A stretch of 64,000 nucleotides of DNA, from the NCBI GenBank assembly GCA_963792415.1, contig CAWBVY010000005.1, forward strand, positions 57,889 to 121,888, given 5' to 3'. Each line of letters starts with the position of its first letter. Within the stretch, counting starts at the first letter, position 1. The notes under the pieces are model-generated. The model did not search any database. It was not told where the DNA came from and worked only from the letters and a program-made list of their open reading frames with translations. Shown piece by piece: positions 43,673 to 54,148 of the stretch. The DNA comes from Candidatus Deferrimicrobiaceae bacterium (lineage in GTDB: Bacteria; Desulfobacterota; Deferrimicrobia; Deferrimicrobiales; Deferrimicrobiaceae). The translations under genes and the position numbers were made by a program.

Positions 43673-43850
43673 TCAAAGGGGTATTTTCTCCTTGAGCAAC
43701 TGGAGAAGATACTGTCCGTACCCGTTGCTTTTCATCGGGGCAGCGAGGGTTTCGAGCCGGGCCGCGTCGATGTACCCATGTGGAATGCGACATCCTCCAC
43801 ACACGCGATCTTCAGCCCCCGCCGCTTCTCGATGTTTTCCACGAACGTCC
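43673..43850 (-). pseudogene. rfbA: 3' remnant of glucose-1-phosphate thymidylyltransferase
   Basis: Manual translation TFVENIEKRRGLKIACVEDVAFHMG/YIDAARLETLAAPMKSNGYGQYLLQLL (one frameshift) matches the RmlA C-terminus; the rest of the gene is absent. Confidence 0.8.
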
Positions 43851-43870
43851 CTGAGATATTATAAGTTATG

Positions 43871-44755
43871 TCACACCCGGGAATCTTTTCGGGCAACAAC
43901 GAACAGATTGTCGAGGTTGAAGAACCCCCCGCTCATGATGGAAACAACGCGCGGAAGTCTCGAACCATGCGTTCTTTAACTACGCGTTATCCGCTTTTAC
44001 TTCCTGAAATGCTTTGCACCGGATGCAGGTGGATGAACTCGACATGCGAAAACCCGTTCCGCTCCAAGAGCCTGCGTATACTACCCGTCGAGTAATGATG
44101 AAGATGATCGCGGGCCTGTAGGTACGCAATGCCGTGCCGCATACCCAGCATCCGCTGGAGTAATACGCGCCCTGAAGAGCTGGAGGTATACGTTCGGCGT
44201 GTAAATAAAACAGATTCCCCCTACCCGTAACAGGGCGTGACATCTCTGGAGTAGCGGCTCGGGCTGCAGGAAATGCTCCATCACATCCCACATCGTGATG
44301 ATGTCAAACGACCCTGGCGGGAATTCCGCCTCCTCAGGCCGGCCGCATCGAACGTTTACAAGGCCGAGCGACTCGCGAGCGTACCGGACTGCCGCCGGTG
44401 AGATTTCATAACCATAGGACTCCCACGGATCGTAGGCCGTCATCGCCTTGAGAAAATACCCGAGTCCGCACCCGACATCCAGGAGTCGTCCTGCACGTCC
44501 GACCAGGAATCTCCGGAAGAAGTCTTCGTGCATTCTGGCGCGAGCCTTGTTCCAATAGAAATGACCATCCTTTACGACTTCCTCTCCCCAAAACTCGTCG
44601 TGGTGAGGATTCGCAGCATAGGACGAGAAGACATGGCCGCAGTCACGGCATCGAAGGATGTCAATGCCGAATTCCCGGAAAACCGGTCTGTGTCGGTTGC
44701 TCCCGCAGAGCAGGCACGTGCGTGACTCTGCGCCCACGCAAGTGGCTTCCTTCAT
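43871..44755 (-). CDS. Class I SAM methyltransferase with N-terminal Zn ribbon (frameshifts in 3' half)
   Basis: CLLC...CRDC, LLDVGCGLG, FDIITMWDVMEH; DHLHHYS...LLERNGF continues in another frame. Confidence 0.8.
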
Positions 44756-44798
44756 GTCCTTCTCCCTTGCGCCCTCGAAATGCCTACCACGATCCGGG

Positions 44799-47176
44799 TC
44801 AAGTAGACCGCGGATCGCTAATCGGCGTAAGGTGGCGCAGGAACTGTTCGTAGGAGACGCCGCCGCCCAACGACACCCCGCAGCGAGCGACAGGTATTGC
44901 GGGGTTACCCCGGACGAGGGTTTCCGGCGGGACGGAGCGAAAGACGACGCTTCCGGCGCTCACGACAGCCCCCCGCCCGATGGTTACGTTGGGAAGGATG
45001 ATCACGCCGGGCCCGATATACGCGTTGTCCTCGATTCGAACCGTGGGCTGGTGGATCTCCCTGGCCGGCTTCGTAAGGTCACGCAAATGACCGATGATGG
45101 TGGTGCGCATCCCGATAGTAACGTTGTTCCCTATCGAGACCAGTCTCGGATACGCATTCTCGATCATCGCAAAAACGCCAATGGACACATTCTCACCGAT
45201 CGAGACCCCGCGCATGCGGTGAAGCCAGACCCGTGTCGTCATGTAACCTGGAGCATAGAAGGCAAGCAACTGGAGGAGACGGTTTTTCATACCGCCCAGT
45301 GCCGTATCCCGAATAGGCTTCATGCTTTTTCCTTTCTTGACCATAACAGGCGAATCGGGGAGTGCCGTCCTCTCTGCTTGGATGAGCCCAGCCAGTGTTT
45401 GAATCGTCGGCGATCTCAGAAAGCTATCGACGGGAAGCGTCTTCTTGAACCTCTCTTCGATTTCGAGCACCATTGACGCGGTCGCAAGCGAATCTCCCCC
45501 CAGACTGTAAAAGTTGTCGTTGATGCCCACCTGATCGACGTGGAGCAGATTTTTCCAGATGTCTGCAAGTTCTTGCTCGATGGAATCCTCGGGAGCGACA
45601 TATTTTACCGTGAGGTATGCTGCCAGCTTCTCAGCAAGGCCGATGCGTTGCAGCTTCCCGGTTGGACCTTTCGGGATCTCCTCCACAAAGACAATCCTGC
45701 CCGGAACTTTGAAGTCCGTAAGGCGAAGGGAGGCGAATTCGCGGATTTCCGCCTCGGTCACGTCGGCGTTCTTCCGCAACACGAGAGCCGCTGCGATGTC
45801 CTCGCCCAGCGTCGGGTGGGGCACAGCGAATGCGATGGCTTGCGCAACGGCCGGGTGCTGGATAAGGATTTCATCCACTTCCTTTGGAGCGATCTTCTCT
45901 CCTCCGCGGTTGATAAGCTCCTTGATCCGGCCCGTAAGGAACAGATATCCATCGCCATCGAATTTTCCCTGGTCTCCCGTCCGAAACCAGCCGTTGCAAT
46001 AGGCGTTATCGTTCGCTTCCGAATTGTTCTCGTAGCCGTTCGTGACGTTGTCTCCATGGATGACGACCTCTCCGACCTGCCCGACAGGAAGGAGATTCCC
46101 GATATCATCCATGATGGCCACATCCGGCCCCGCGGCGGTCCCGACCGAACCCGCCTTGCGAAGCAACGGAGGCAGTTGATTGCTGGTCATCTGGTGGGCG
46201 GCTTCCGTCATTCCATAGGAATCGATCACAGGTGCATCGAAGACCTTCTCCAACTCGACCATGACCGCTTCCGGTAACGAAGCGGAACAGGAACGGATGA
46301 ATCGCAGAGGACGCCGATCGATGATTTCCCGGTATGACGAGGCGCGGGCGAGAATCGCCTGCTGCATGGTAGGGACAGCGGTGTACCAGGTCGGTCGCAA
46401 CGTATCCAACCACTCGAAGAATCTTGTCGGGTCGAATCCGGGTGTGCAGACCACGCTCGCACCGGCGGCCAGTGAGGACAGAACGCACCGATGAGCCCGT
46501 GAATGTGGAACAAAGGCATCACGTTAAGGCACCGGTCGTTCTCCTGCAGGTTCAGGGTTGCGGAGATGTTGCACGCAGATGTGCAGATATTGGCATGTGT
46601 CAGAGGAACGATTTTCGGTCGAGACGTGGTCCCCGAAGTATGCAGCACCAACGCCGTATCGTCCGGCAGGGCGAAGCTATCTACATCCGGAGTCCCCCGC
46701 GTTCCGCTTTTCAGTTCGAACAGACCCGCCACGGATTCGAGGGTCTGCATCAGTTCGATAATGGGGATATCGTGCTTCTGCGCCACCTCCCTGGCAGGTG
46801 AATCCGACTCCGATCCTACGATTAACGCCTTTGCCTGCAGGTCGGAGATAGAAAAGTCGAACTCATTGACCCTGTAGACGGGATTCAGCGGCGCACACGT
46901 CGCCGTGGCCGCGACCGCGACGAATGCAACCGCCATTTCCGGGCCATCGGGCAACACGATCGCAATGCGGTCGTTCCGATTCAGACCGAAGGAGCGGAGC
47001 GCCGCCACCGTCTTCTCGACCTGACAAAAAAGCCGGGCATACGTCAGAGATACTCGTCCAGGAGCCATGATGGCTATCGCCTCGGGGGTCTGGTTTGCAC
47101 GGGACCTCAGAAGCTCATAGACGCTCCTTGCATCCGGGCTATTGTATGCCCTTCCACTGCTTGGGGAATTGATCAT
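44799..47176 (-). CDS. Adenylation + carrier protein + LbH acyltransferase fusion (frameshift near 46484)
   Basis: HTSGTTSRPK, PLFHIHGL, FIRSCSASL, YGMTE, WFRTGD, GEKI, PKGPTGK; NFYSLGGDSL; hexapeptide repeats ending GNPA. Confidence 0.85.
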
Positions 47177-47312
47177 CTTTTAACTCCAGTTAACTCCAGT
47201 CGTCATGAATCCGATCCGGTGAGAAAGCCCCTGGATCTTTTTAGGTATGGATGGTCTTCGACAGGTCGAAGAATGTTTTCCGAGGGAGCGGTCAGGCGGA
47301 TGAACGGGAGTG

Positions 47313-48062
47313 TTATCTCGACTCGACTGACCTCTCATCCGCAGGGTTTATGCCAAGCGCGCACGCGACGGATACGGGCTTGCTCTCCTTTACCTCCAAG
47401 CGTACGTACACGAATCCGGCGAGCTCAAGATTCGAGGCAAGTTCCTTCCCGATCTCGGTTGCAGTTGCATCCGTGGCCCCTCGGGATCTTGGCTGGAGCG
47501 TGACAGCGATCAGGCCACCGGGTTTCAACAACTTTCTCAAATCCTTCAGACAGTCGACCGGATTCGACCAGAAATGAATCGAATTAATAGTGAAAATCTT
47601 GTCGAACGGCTCCTCGAAACTCGGCAAGTTGGTCACGGATGCCAGCCCCAACGCCACCTTGCCGTCGCGTATCCCCTTGGCGTTTCGCTTTGCCGCTTGT
47701 CGCAGCATGATCTCCGAATGGTCGAACCCTGCGACAAACCCACGAGAGGCAATCCGGCTGACCTGTTCGATCGCAAGGCCCGGACCAAAACCGATCTCCA
47801 GCACACGATCTTGCGGTCGAATGTCTAGCAAGGAAACGACCCAGCGTATCCTTTCCCTGTTCGACGGAGTGTGGGCCATGACCTTGCCGGAAACACATCC
47901 CCAAAACCCCATGGGACGACCAAACTGCGCACGCAGGAATTTCCGGATGGATTGACGCAAACGACTCGGCCTTTCACCGCTCCCCGGCTGTACCTGAAGA
48001 CCTGGATACTTCAAAGATGTTTCCACCTCTTCCGCCTTCGGCTCGTTAATTTTGACGACCAT
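47313..48062 (-). CDS. Class I SAM methyltransferase
   Basis: QFGRP.G..G, VLEIGFGPG, FDKIFTINSIHFW, LKPGG. Confidence 0.85.
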   Translation of the reverse strand: MVVKINEPKAEEVETSLKYPGLQVQPGSGERPSRLRQSIRKFLRAQFGRPMGFWGCVSGKVMAHTPSNRERIRWVVSLLDIRPQDRVLEIGFGPGLAIEQVSRIASRGFVAGFDHSEIMLRQAAKRNAKGIRDGKVALGLASVTNLPSFEEPFDKIFTINSIHFWSNPVDCLKDLRKLLKPGGLIAVTLQPRSRGATDATATEIGKELASNLELAGFVYVRLEVKESKPVSVACALGINPADERSVESR

Positions 48063-49370
48063 CAGCCCTGCCCCGTCGGATGCAAGGAGTCCGACGTCCA
48101 ATACTTGTAAAGTTCACCCGCCGTTGTAAACCAGATATCCGGGCAGCTCTTGATGAAGTGCAGGTATCGATCATAGATCTCGAGAAATTCCGGCCGCTCG
48201 CTCAGATCCTTTTCTGGGTGGGTGACGATCGAGATGATCCCGCCGACGTGAAGCAGCTTTTTCGTCCTGGCGATCTGCGCTTCCAGAATGGCTTCCGGCC
48301 GCCGCGAGCGTGGAACTCCGCGTAATTGATTGTATACGGCGATGTCGGTGGGAACCGTAACCGGGATTTCAAGGATATTCGTCTTTTCCCCATTTACCCA
48401 CAGGTAATATCGGGACAATCCCCCGGGAAAACGAGGTGTCGTAGCGCAAGGCGGGGCAGGTTCTCTCCAGAAGACTGTAAAGATAGTTGCTTTTCAGAAG
48501 TTTTGGTGCCCGCATCCCGGTCGGATAATTCTCCGGTTCGGACAAGAAACGATTCCTTCAGCTGTTTCACGGATCGGTCGGTGAACGGCTTGAAGGCAAG
48601 CCTGTGATCGTGTTTGTGCCCGTGCCAACCGACCTCGTTGCCCAGATTCAAGAGAGGAAATCCACAGCTGCCTTGTTCCTTCTTCAGGAATTTGGTCGGT
48701 ATGAACCAGGTCGATCGGATCTGATGATCCTGCTCAAGGCGAAACAAAGGGTCACGCTCTCTGCGCTGCAAGGAATCCGATCGGTATCCACATCGTGGAG
48801 GGGTATAAACACGGACCGTTTTCCCGAGGGCCACTGAAACGGTCGGGGTTTCGGTACTGGGGGGGTATTCCCCTGCAACGTATGCAAGAGCAGAATGACA
48901 AACTCGAAACTTGTTAGTGGCAGTTTTGCGTAATCTTGTTCGGCATTTCTGCCACTTGGCGAGAAGATCGACTCGACCAGGTTAGAAACAGGACGACGAA
49001 TTGCTGTAGGGACCATATCGATGTTAAAACCAGGTATATAGGTGTAGATCGGTCTTTTCGAGTCGATGAACTGGAAGGCCCGGGTTGCCGGTATGTCAAA
49101 ATTGACAATCAGTTCCCCGTCTCGACGAACGATCAAGGGCAAACCTTCACCGACGGTCTCCAGAATCACGGAATCACTCGCCCGATGATCGAATGCGAAG
49201 ACCCGCGTTGAAAGCGGGAATTGCTCCATGCCTTGGCGGGTTAACCCGGCGATCGTCTCAGCGAGGTCTTTCGGCCTGATGAACGGTCGGAAAACGCCTT
49301 CAGCGACTACCCTTGCCGAGTTAAAACGAATACCAGGGGGCAAACGTATCGGCCAACCCAAGTCCTTCAT
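48062..49370 (-). CDS. Polysaccharide deacetylase-like protein (frameshifted)
   Basis: WPSGK...HDVD, RSTWF, EVGWHGHKHD, EIPVT, VTHPE distributed across three frames. Confidence 0.65.
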
Positions 49371-49457
49371 GGATCAATCGCCATGGTCGCCGGTCTCTCG
49401 CTCCGGCGATTCTCTTCCGTTTCGTGCCTACCGCTGAACAACGCTCGTGGTATTTCC

Positions 49458-50489
49458 TCACGAATCAGCATCGGACCCGTTGCGCGCCATCGTTGATTCT
49501 TCGACGGAAACGTGGCGAAGCCAGCTTTCACGCCAGTATGGGTAGATCTCGCGTGGACAGAAATGTCGGTGCATGCTGAGATCTCCCGAGCAGACCACGC
49601 CGTCCAATGTGACGCAATCTGTCTTGAGCTCTATCATCCGACCGGTTTTGTCGTCGATGAATCGTTTCACACGTTGCCTGACTTTAAAGGTTCCTCCGCA
49701 GAAAGGAAGCATCTCCCTGTCGAACCACAGCCCTCTCTCGCGGCCTTCGGGAGTAAGGGTTGCGGCAATCTCCTCTTCTCGATTTCACCTGGACCCAGTC
49801 TCCGGGTTGCAGACCAAGGTACTCGTCCGAGGCGGCCCGGTCCGTGTACCCGGCAAACGGAACCGTAGGAAAAAGACCATATCTTGCGGAGCGGTTCCTC
49901 GATGAATGCGCGGGCGGTTACGCGGAGAAATCGTCCAAGTTGAACATTACCGCAAGTGAACTCCCGCACATATACGCGGGGATCCCAAACACTGAGACGG
50001 GTGGATGCCTTGAATAGCTCGGTAGCCTGGCATCGATAAACCTCCACCGGTATACCGTCCTGCTCCAGAGTCTTCTTGGCATGACGGGAGGCCCGCTCGG
50101 CGAGCAGCGTTGGATCGGTCCGTCTCAACCGTGAGGAGAAACGGGGGTTCCCTCGGAGAAATCCGACGCAGCCACGATTCCTTCCAAAAAAGGCGGCATT
50201 CTGCCTGACAACCGTCGTGCCCGGACCCATCGCAACGAAGATCTTTCAAGAGCACCGTGTTACGTATTCTCCGACTTCCGTATGTCTTGATGGTGTCGCA
50301 AATTTTTTCCGCCCGCTTGTCAACAACAAAGCGGTGTCCGCAATAACGTAGCATCATGGTCATGAAGGGGAGCCCTTCCAGGGCGCCCTCCTCGTCGAGG
50401 GTTGCTAGAATCTCTGTTGCACTTTTCACCTCGATTACATCCCCACGCCGCAGACCCCTTGTAGTCTTTAATCCCATTCTTGATATCAA
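49458..50489 (-). CDS. Hypothetical protein with an internally duplicated Cys-containing domain (frameshifted)
   Basis: Two copies of GD...VKS..EI.ATL...G...GL.F...M..[YF]CG..F.V...C.G...C......W.ESWLR. Confidence 0.7.
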
Positions 50490-50589
50490 AAAATCACCTC
50501 AGTATGAGATTTTTCTCTTTAAATAACCGAATAAAAATACTCTTTAGTTATAAAAACATAACTTATAATTATTTAATTCATCGTAAATT

Positions 50590-51252
50590 TTATAAAAATA
50601 ATATACATTTCTTGCTATAAAAGGCCTCCGCGAAATTTGTTTTTGAAACACACTCCATCCCTCGGATGCGCAATGTAGAATAAAGGAGATCTTCCGTCAA
50701 CCAGTGCTTTTTGGTTTGTGTCTTGAAGAACTTAAGAATAGCGTTAATTTTGTTTTTACAGATAAAAGGATGCAAGGGCACGAAGAAATTCGGCGACCCG
50801 AAATCCCCGTCGTATTTGGGGATTTCGTACTCCAAAATGAGATGATTGCGGAAGGTGTTCCATGTCAGTTCTGAAATCGTTCGTGATCCTGATGAAGATC
50901 CATCCGGTAATGAGTAAATATAAGATCTGGGGAGAATCCTTCTTTTAATATCTCAAAATATTTTTTTATTTCTCCACCATCATATGGGAAAAAACCGTTT
51001 TTGAATTTATTTATCTCTATTGTTTTTTTATTAGCACGTATTTTAAAAATACATTGGCGCTTACTCTCGCTTCCTTTTCTCTCTTTGAATCCGAACTGAA
51101 AACTACCCAATATACTTCTGACTTTTTTATATTTTTGCAGCACGCTCAGCAATGTACCACCGCAACCGATTTCGATGTCATCGCAATGGGCGCCAAGGCA
51201 TAATATTTTTATGCTTTGATTATATTTCTTATTTAATTCCAGACGCCAACAT
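50590..51252 (-). CDS. PIG-L/LmbE family deacetylase (frameshifted)
   Basis: LCLGAHCDDIEIGCGG, FTH...DLHQDH, EYEIPKYDGD, AEAFY. Confidence 0.82.
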
Positions 51253-51309
51253 AGCCTTATCCTTTTCCAGACGTCATAACGTTCTCTACTCCAGGTTATT
51301 CCTGTATTA

Positions 51310-52089
51310 TTATTTTTTTTCCATATCTCCCATAGAGCATTTCCCTTGGAATACATATCATCAAGAAGCTGTTTGTCCTTGAAGGTGTCCATGGCGACCC
51401 AGAATCCGTTGTATTTATATGAAATAAGTTGTCTTTCTCGTATCAATCTCCTGAATGGTTCTTCGACCAGTTCCTCACCTCTTTCGATGTAATTGAAGAT
51501 GTCCTTTTTAAAGATGAAAAATCCACCATTGATCCAAATGTTCGGCTTTGGACAGGTGCTGGATTTCGTCCACCATCATGTCCTCGTTTACCGAGACGAC
51601 GTGGAAACTTTGGGTTGGCTGGACAGAAACAAAACAACCCACCTTGTTATGTCGATGAAAATCTTCCAGCATCTTTTCCAAGGGGACATCCGAGAGACCG
51701 TCGGAATAATTCGCTAAAAAGACCTCCTCTCCTTCAAGGTGCTTTTCGACGGCTTTCAAACGTTGCCCGATGTTCGAATGCAACCCAGTATCCACGAAAG
51801 TGATCCGCCAATCTTCGATATCGCTTCCAAGAAGTTGGAGGTTTTTCCCTCCCCCTGACAACACGAAATCATTCGAAGTGCACTCGTTATATTCGAGAAA
51901 ATATTTCTTGACGATGTCGCCACGGTAACCGAGGCAGAGGATGAAGTCCTTATGACCGTAACTCGCGTAATATTTCATCACATGCCACAATAGTGGCCGA
52001 TATCCGATCTCCACCATCGGCTTGGGAATCCGATCCGAATATTCCCTTAACCTCAGTCCCAGGCCACCGCAAAAGAGTACCACTTTCAT
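51310..52089 (-). CDS. rfbF: Glucose-1-phosphate cytidylyltransferase (frameshifted)
   Basis: MKVVLFCGGLG.RL...PKPMVEIG, LCLGY, VDTG, NYSDG, GFW.AMDTFKD. 3' end approximate. Confidence 0.88.
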
Positions 52090-52137
52090 CTCACCCTCCG
52101 TTTCTTGCCGAATTCACTCTACTGATCCCCCGGAGTG

Positions 52138-53505
52138 TCAACGACCATCCCAGGTGGGTCCACGATCGATCGGCCAACTTAATGCTATGGCTTGCAGATG
52201 GTCCTCAAGCCAGGTTTCACCCAGAAAGTGCTTGTACTGATCGGCACGAAGTTTATCGGCGATGCGCCCTTCCGGCAGTTTCACGTCATTGTAGGTAAGC
52301 ACGGAATCTTTTAGGACATCACGTGTCAGCCGGCAACCTTCGACGAGCCCCTCCGGCAGGTAGCGGTTTGCGCACATTTCATCAACGTTCACCGCCTCCC
52401 CGTAGGTCATGTACATCCCGTACCCATCGAGCACTTCGCCCGCCTTGAGATCGCGCTTTGCGACCGCGCAAACTTCGACTACCGGACCACCGAGTGGCGG
52501 CGCAACATCATCCCCGAAGATCACCACCCGCGCGATGGCATATGGCACCTCGAAGTGCACGAGGTGGTACGGCACCCAGAACGGATACAGCGGCCCCTCA
52601 CCCATTTTGTACAGGTTGAGATAGTGCCGCTGTTTCGGATCGGTGTGCTCCGCAAGGCAGTACACCTTTACACCGGCGGGCCCGACCGTGTAGTCCACGA
52701 TGCCACCAAAGGACCGAAGTTCCTCGACGTCATAGAGTTTCGGGAGGTCCATGATGTTTCCATCGTAGACCCTCCCTCTCGACATTCCCCGTGACATCAC
52801 CTTGAATCCGGTGGCGTTCGCAACGATCGACTGTTCAAAACTGATCTTCGATCCGTCGGCGAAAGACGTTACCATCGCGGCGTTCTGTCCCCACTTCTCC
52901 GCCCACCCTTTCTGTGTGGTGGGGTTTCGATAAGGATCCTGCAGCCCCTTGACGTTCCCCATCACGCGCGGGATAAGACCAAGTCCCTTCACCCAGCGGA
53001 ACAGGTTCATCTGGGCGCCAGGTTCGTCGCCCTCGCACGCCGAGAGAATGACGCCATGCTTCCGCGCATGTACCTGAAGGATAGGACCGAGGGTTGCGTC
53101 CACTTCCGCGTTCATCAGCACGACCGACTTGCCGAATTGAAAGGCTTCGAGGATCACCTGCGCACCGAACTCCACCGAACCCGTCACGTCCACAACGACG
53201 TCCACTTCCGGGGAACGGCAGATCATAAACGCGTCTTCGGCGACAACGGGTTTTCCACGGCGGATCGCCTCGTCGAGTGCGGACTGCGTCCCGGCGGATA
53301 CCACATCCTTGCAGCCAGAGTATTCATAAACGTGGAAGGCACGCTCCGGGCGACGGTTGTAGACCACTGACATCCGCATGCCCGGCACGCTGTTCACAAT
53401 CTGGTTGGTAAGCCCCTGCCCCATGAAGCCGGCACCGATCATCCCCACCCGAATCGGCTTTCCTTGCTCTTCTCTGGCCCGTAGGGCCTTGTCCACGATA
53501 ATCAT
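52138..53505 (-). CDS. NAD(P)-dependent oxidoreductase with C-terminal SAF domain
   Basis: IGAGFMG, MNAEVD.T.GP, GDEPG, SFADGSK, AVAKRDLKAGEVLDG.G. Confidence 0.85.
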   Translation of the reverse strand: MIIVDKALRAREEQGKPIRVGMIGAGFMGQGLTNQIVNSVPGMRMSVVYNRRPERAFHVYEYSGCKDVVSAGTQSALDEAIRRGKPVVAEDAFMICRSPEVDVVVDVTGSVEFGAQVILEAFQFGKSVVLMNAEVDATLGPILQVHARKHGVILSACEGDEPGAQMNLFRWVKGLGLIPRVMGNVKGLQDPYRNPTTQKGWAEKWGQNAAMVTSFADGSKISFEQSIVANATGFKVMSRGMSRGRVYDGNIMDLPKLYDVEELRSFGGIVDYTVGPAGVKVYCLAEHTDPKQRHYLNLYKMGEGPLYPFWVPYHLVHFEVPYAIARVVIFGDDVAPPLGGPVVEVCAVAKRDLKAGEVLDGYGMYMTYGEAVNVDEMCANRYLPEGLVEGCRLTRDVLKDSVLTYNDVKLPEGRIADKLRADQYKHFLGETWLEDHLQAIALSWPIDRGPTWDGR

Positions 53506-54069
53506 ATTGTTCCTCATCTTCCTCTTCAGCTCCCCCTCAACCTCCTGAAGAAACTTCCAACTCGCATCCTTCTCCGATATTTCTTCCACGGGCAAAGGCC
53601 AATTGAGCCGTAGCCTGGGTCATCGTATCGAAGGCCACCTTCCACGCCGGGCGTGTAGAACTCGCCGACCTGGTAACTGGTCTTCTGTTCCGTCCTCGAG
53701 CACCTGATATCCGTGAGCAAACCGTTCCGGAACGTAAAGTCCCCTGTGATTATCCGCGGAAAGTTCCACCTCTATATGCTCGAGGTACGTGGGGCTCTCC
53801 GGGCGCAGGTCCACGATGATATCTATGATTGCGCCCCGCGTGCAGCGAACTAGTTTCGTTTCAGGGTTGGGAGGGAACTGAAAATGCATTCCACGAAGCG
53901 TACTCTTCGTTCTGTTAAAAGCGACATTTGCCTGGGCGATGACCGTCTTGAGGCCATGCTCCGCGAATTCCTTTTGGCAGAAAGCACGCGCGAAAAAACC
54001 ACGGTTGTCTTCTCGACGTTCGATGTCAAGCACGAAGGCCCCTTTGAGCTTCGTTTCGCTGAAAATCAT
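53502..54069 (-). CDS. rfbC: RmlC-like NDP-4-keto-sugar 3,5-epimerase (frameshifted)
   Basis: DNRGFFAR, TLRGMHFQ, KLVRCTRG, DLRP.SPT, FAHG, G.RYDDP, ISEKD. 3' end approximate. Confidence 0.85.
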
Positions 54070-54148
54070 CTCTTCCCTCCTGGGGCTAAATTCAGATTTG
54101 TTTTTCTTCCGTGCGTACGATTTCTTTCTCTGTATCCTTTTGGACTCC

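Noticed and set aside
50865-51446. Apparent RfbF-PIG-L fusion ORF
   Set aside because: Explained by indels in an A-run near 51315 and near 51246; PIG-L has its own SD and ATG at 51252.
53502-53595. Apparent RmlC-SAF oxidoreductase fusion
   Set aside because: It lies in the indel-rich region, and one base change restores a standard ATGA stop/start overlap.
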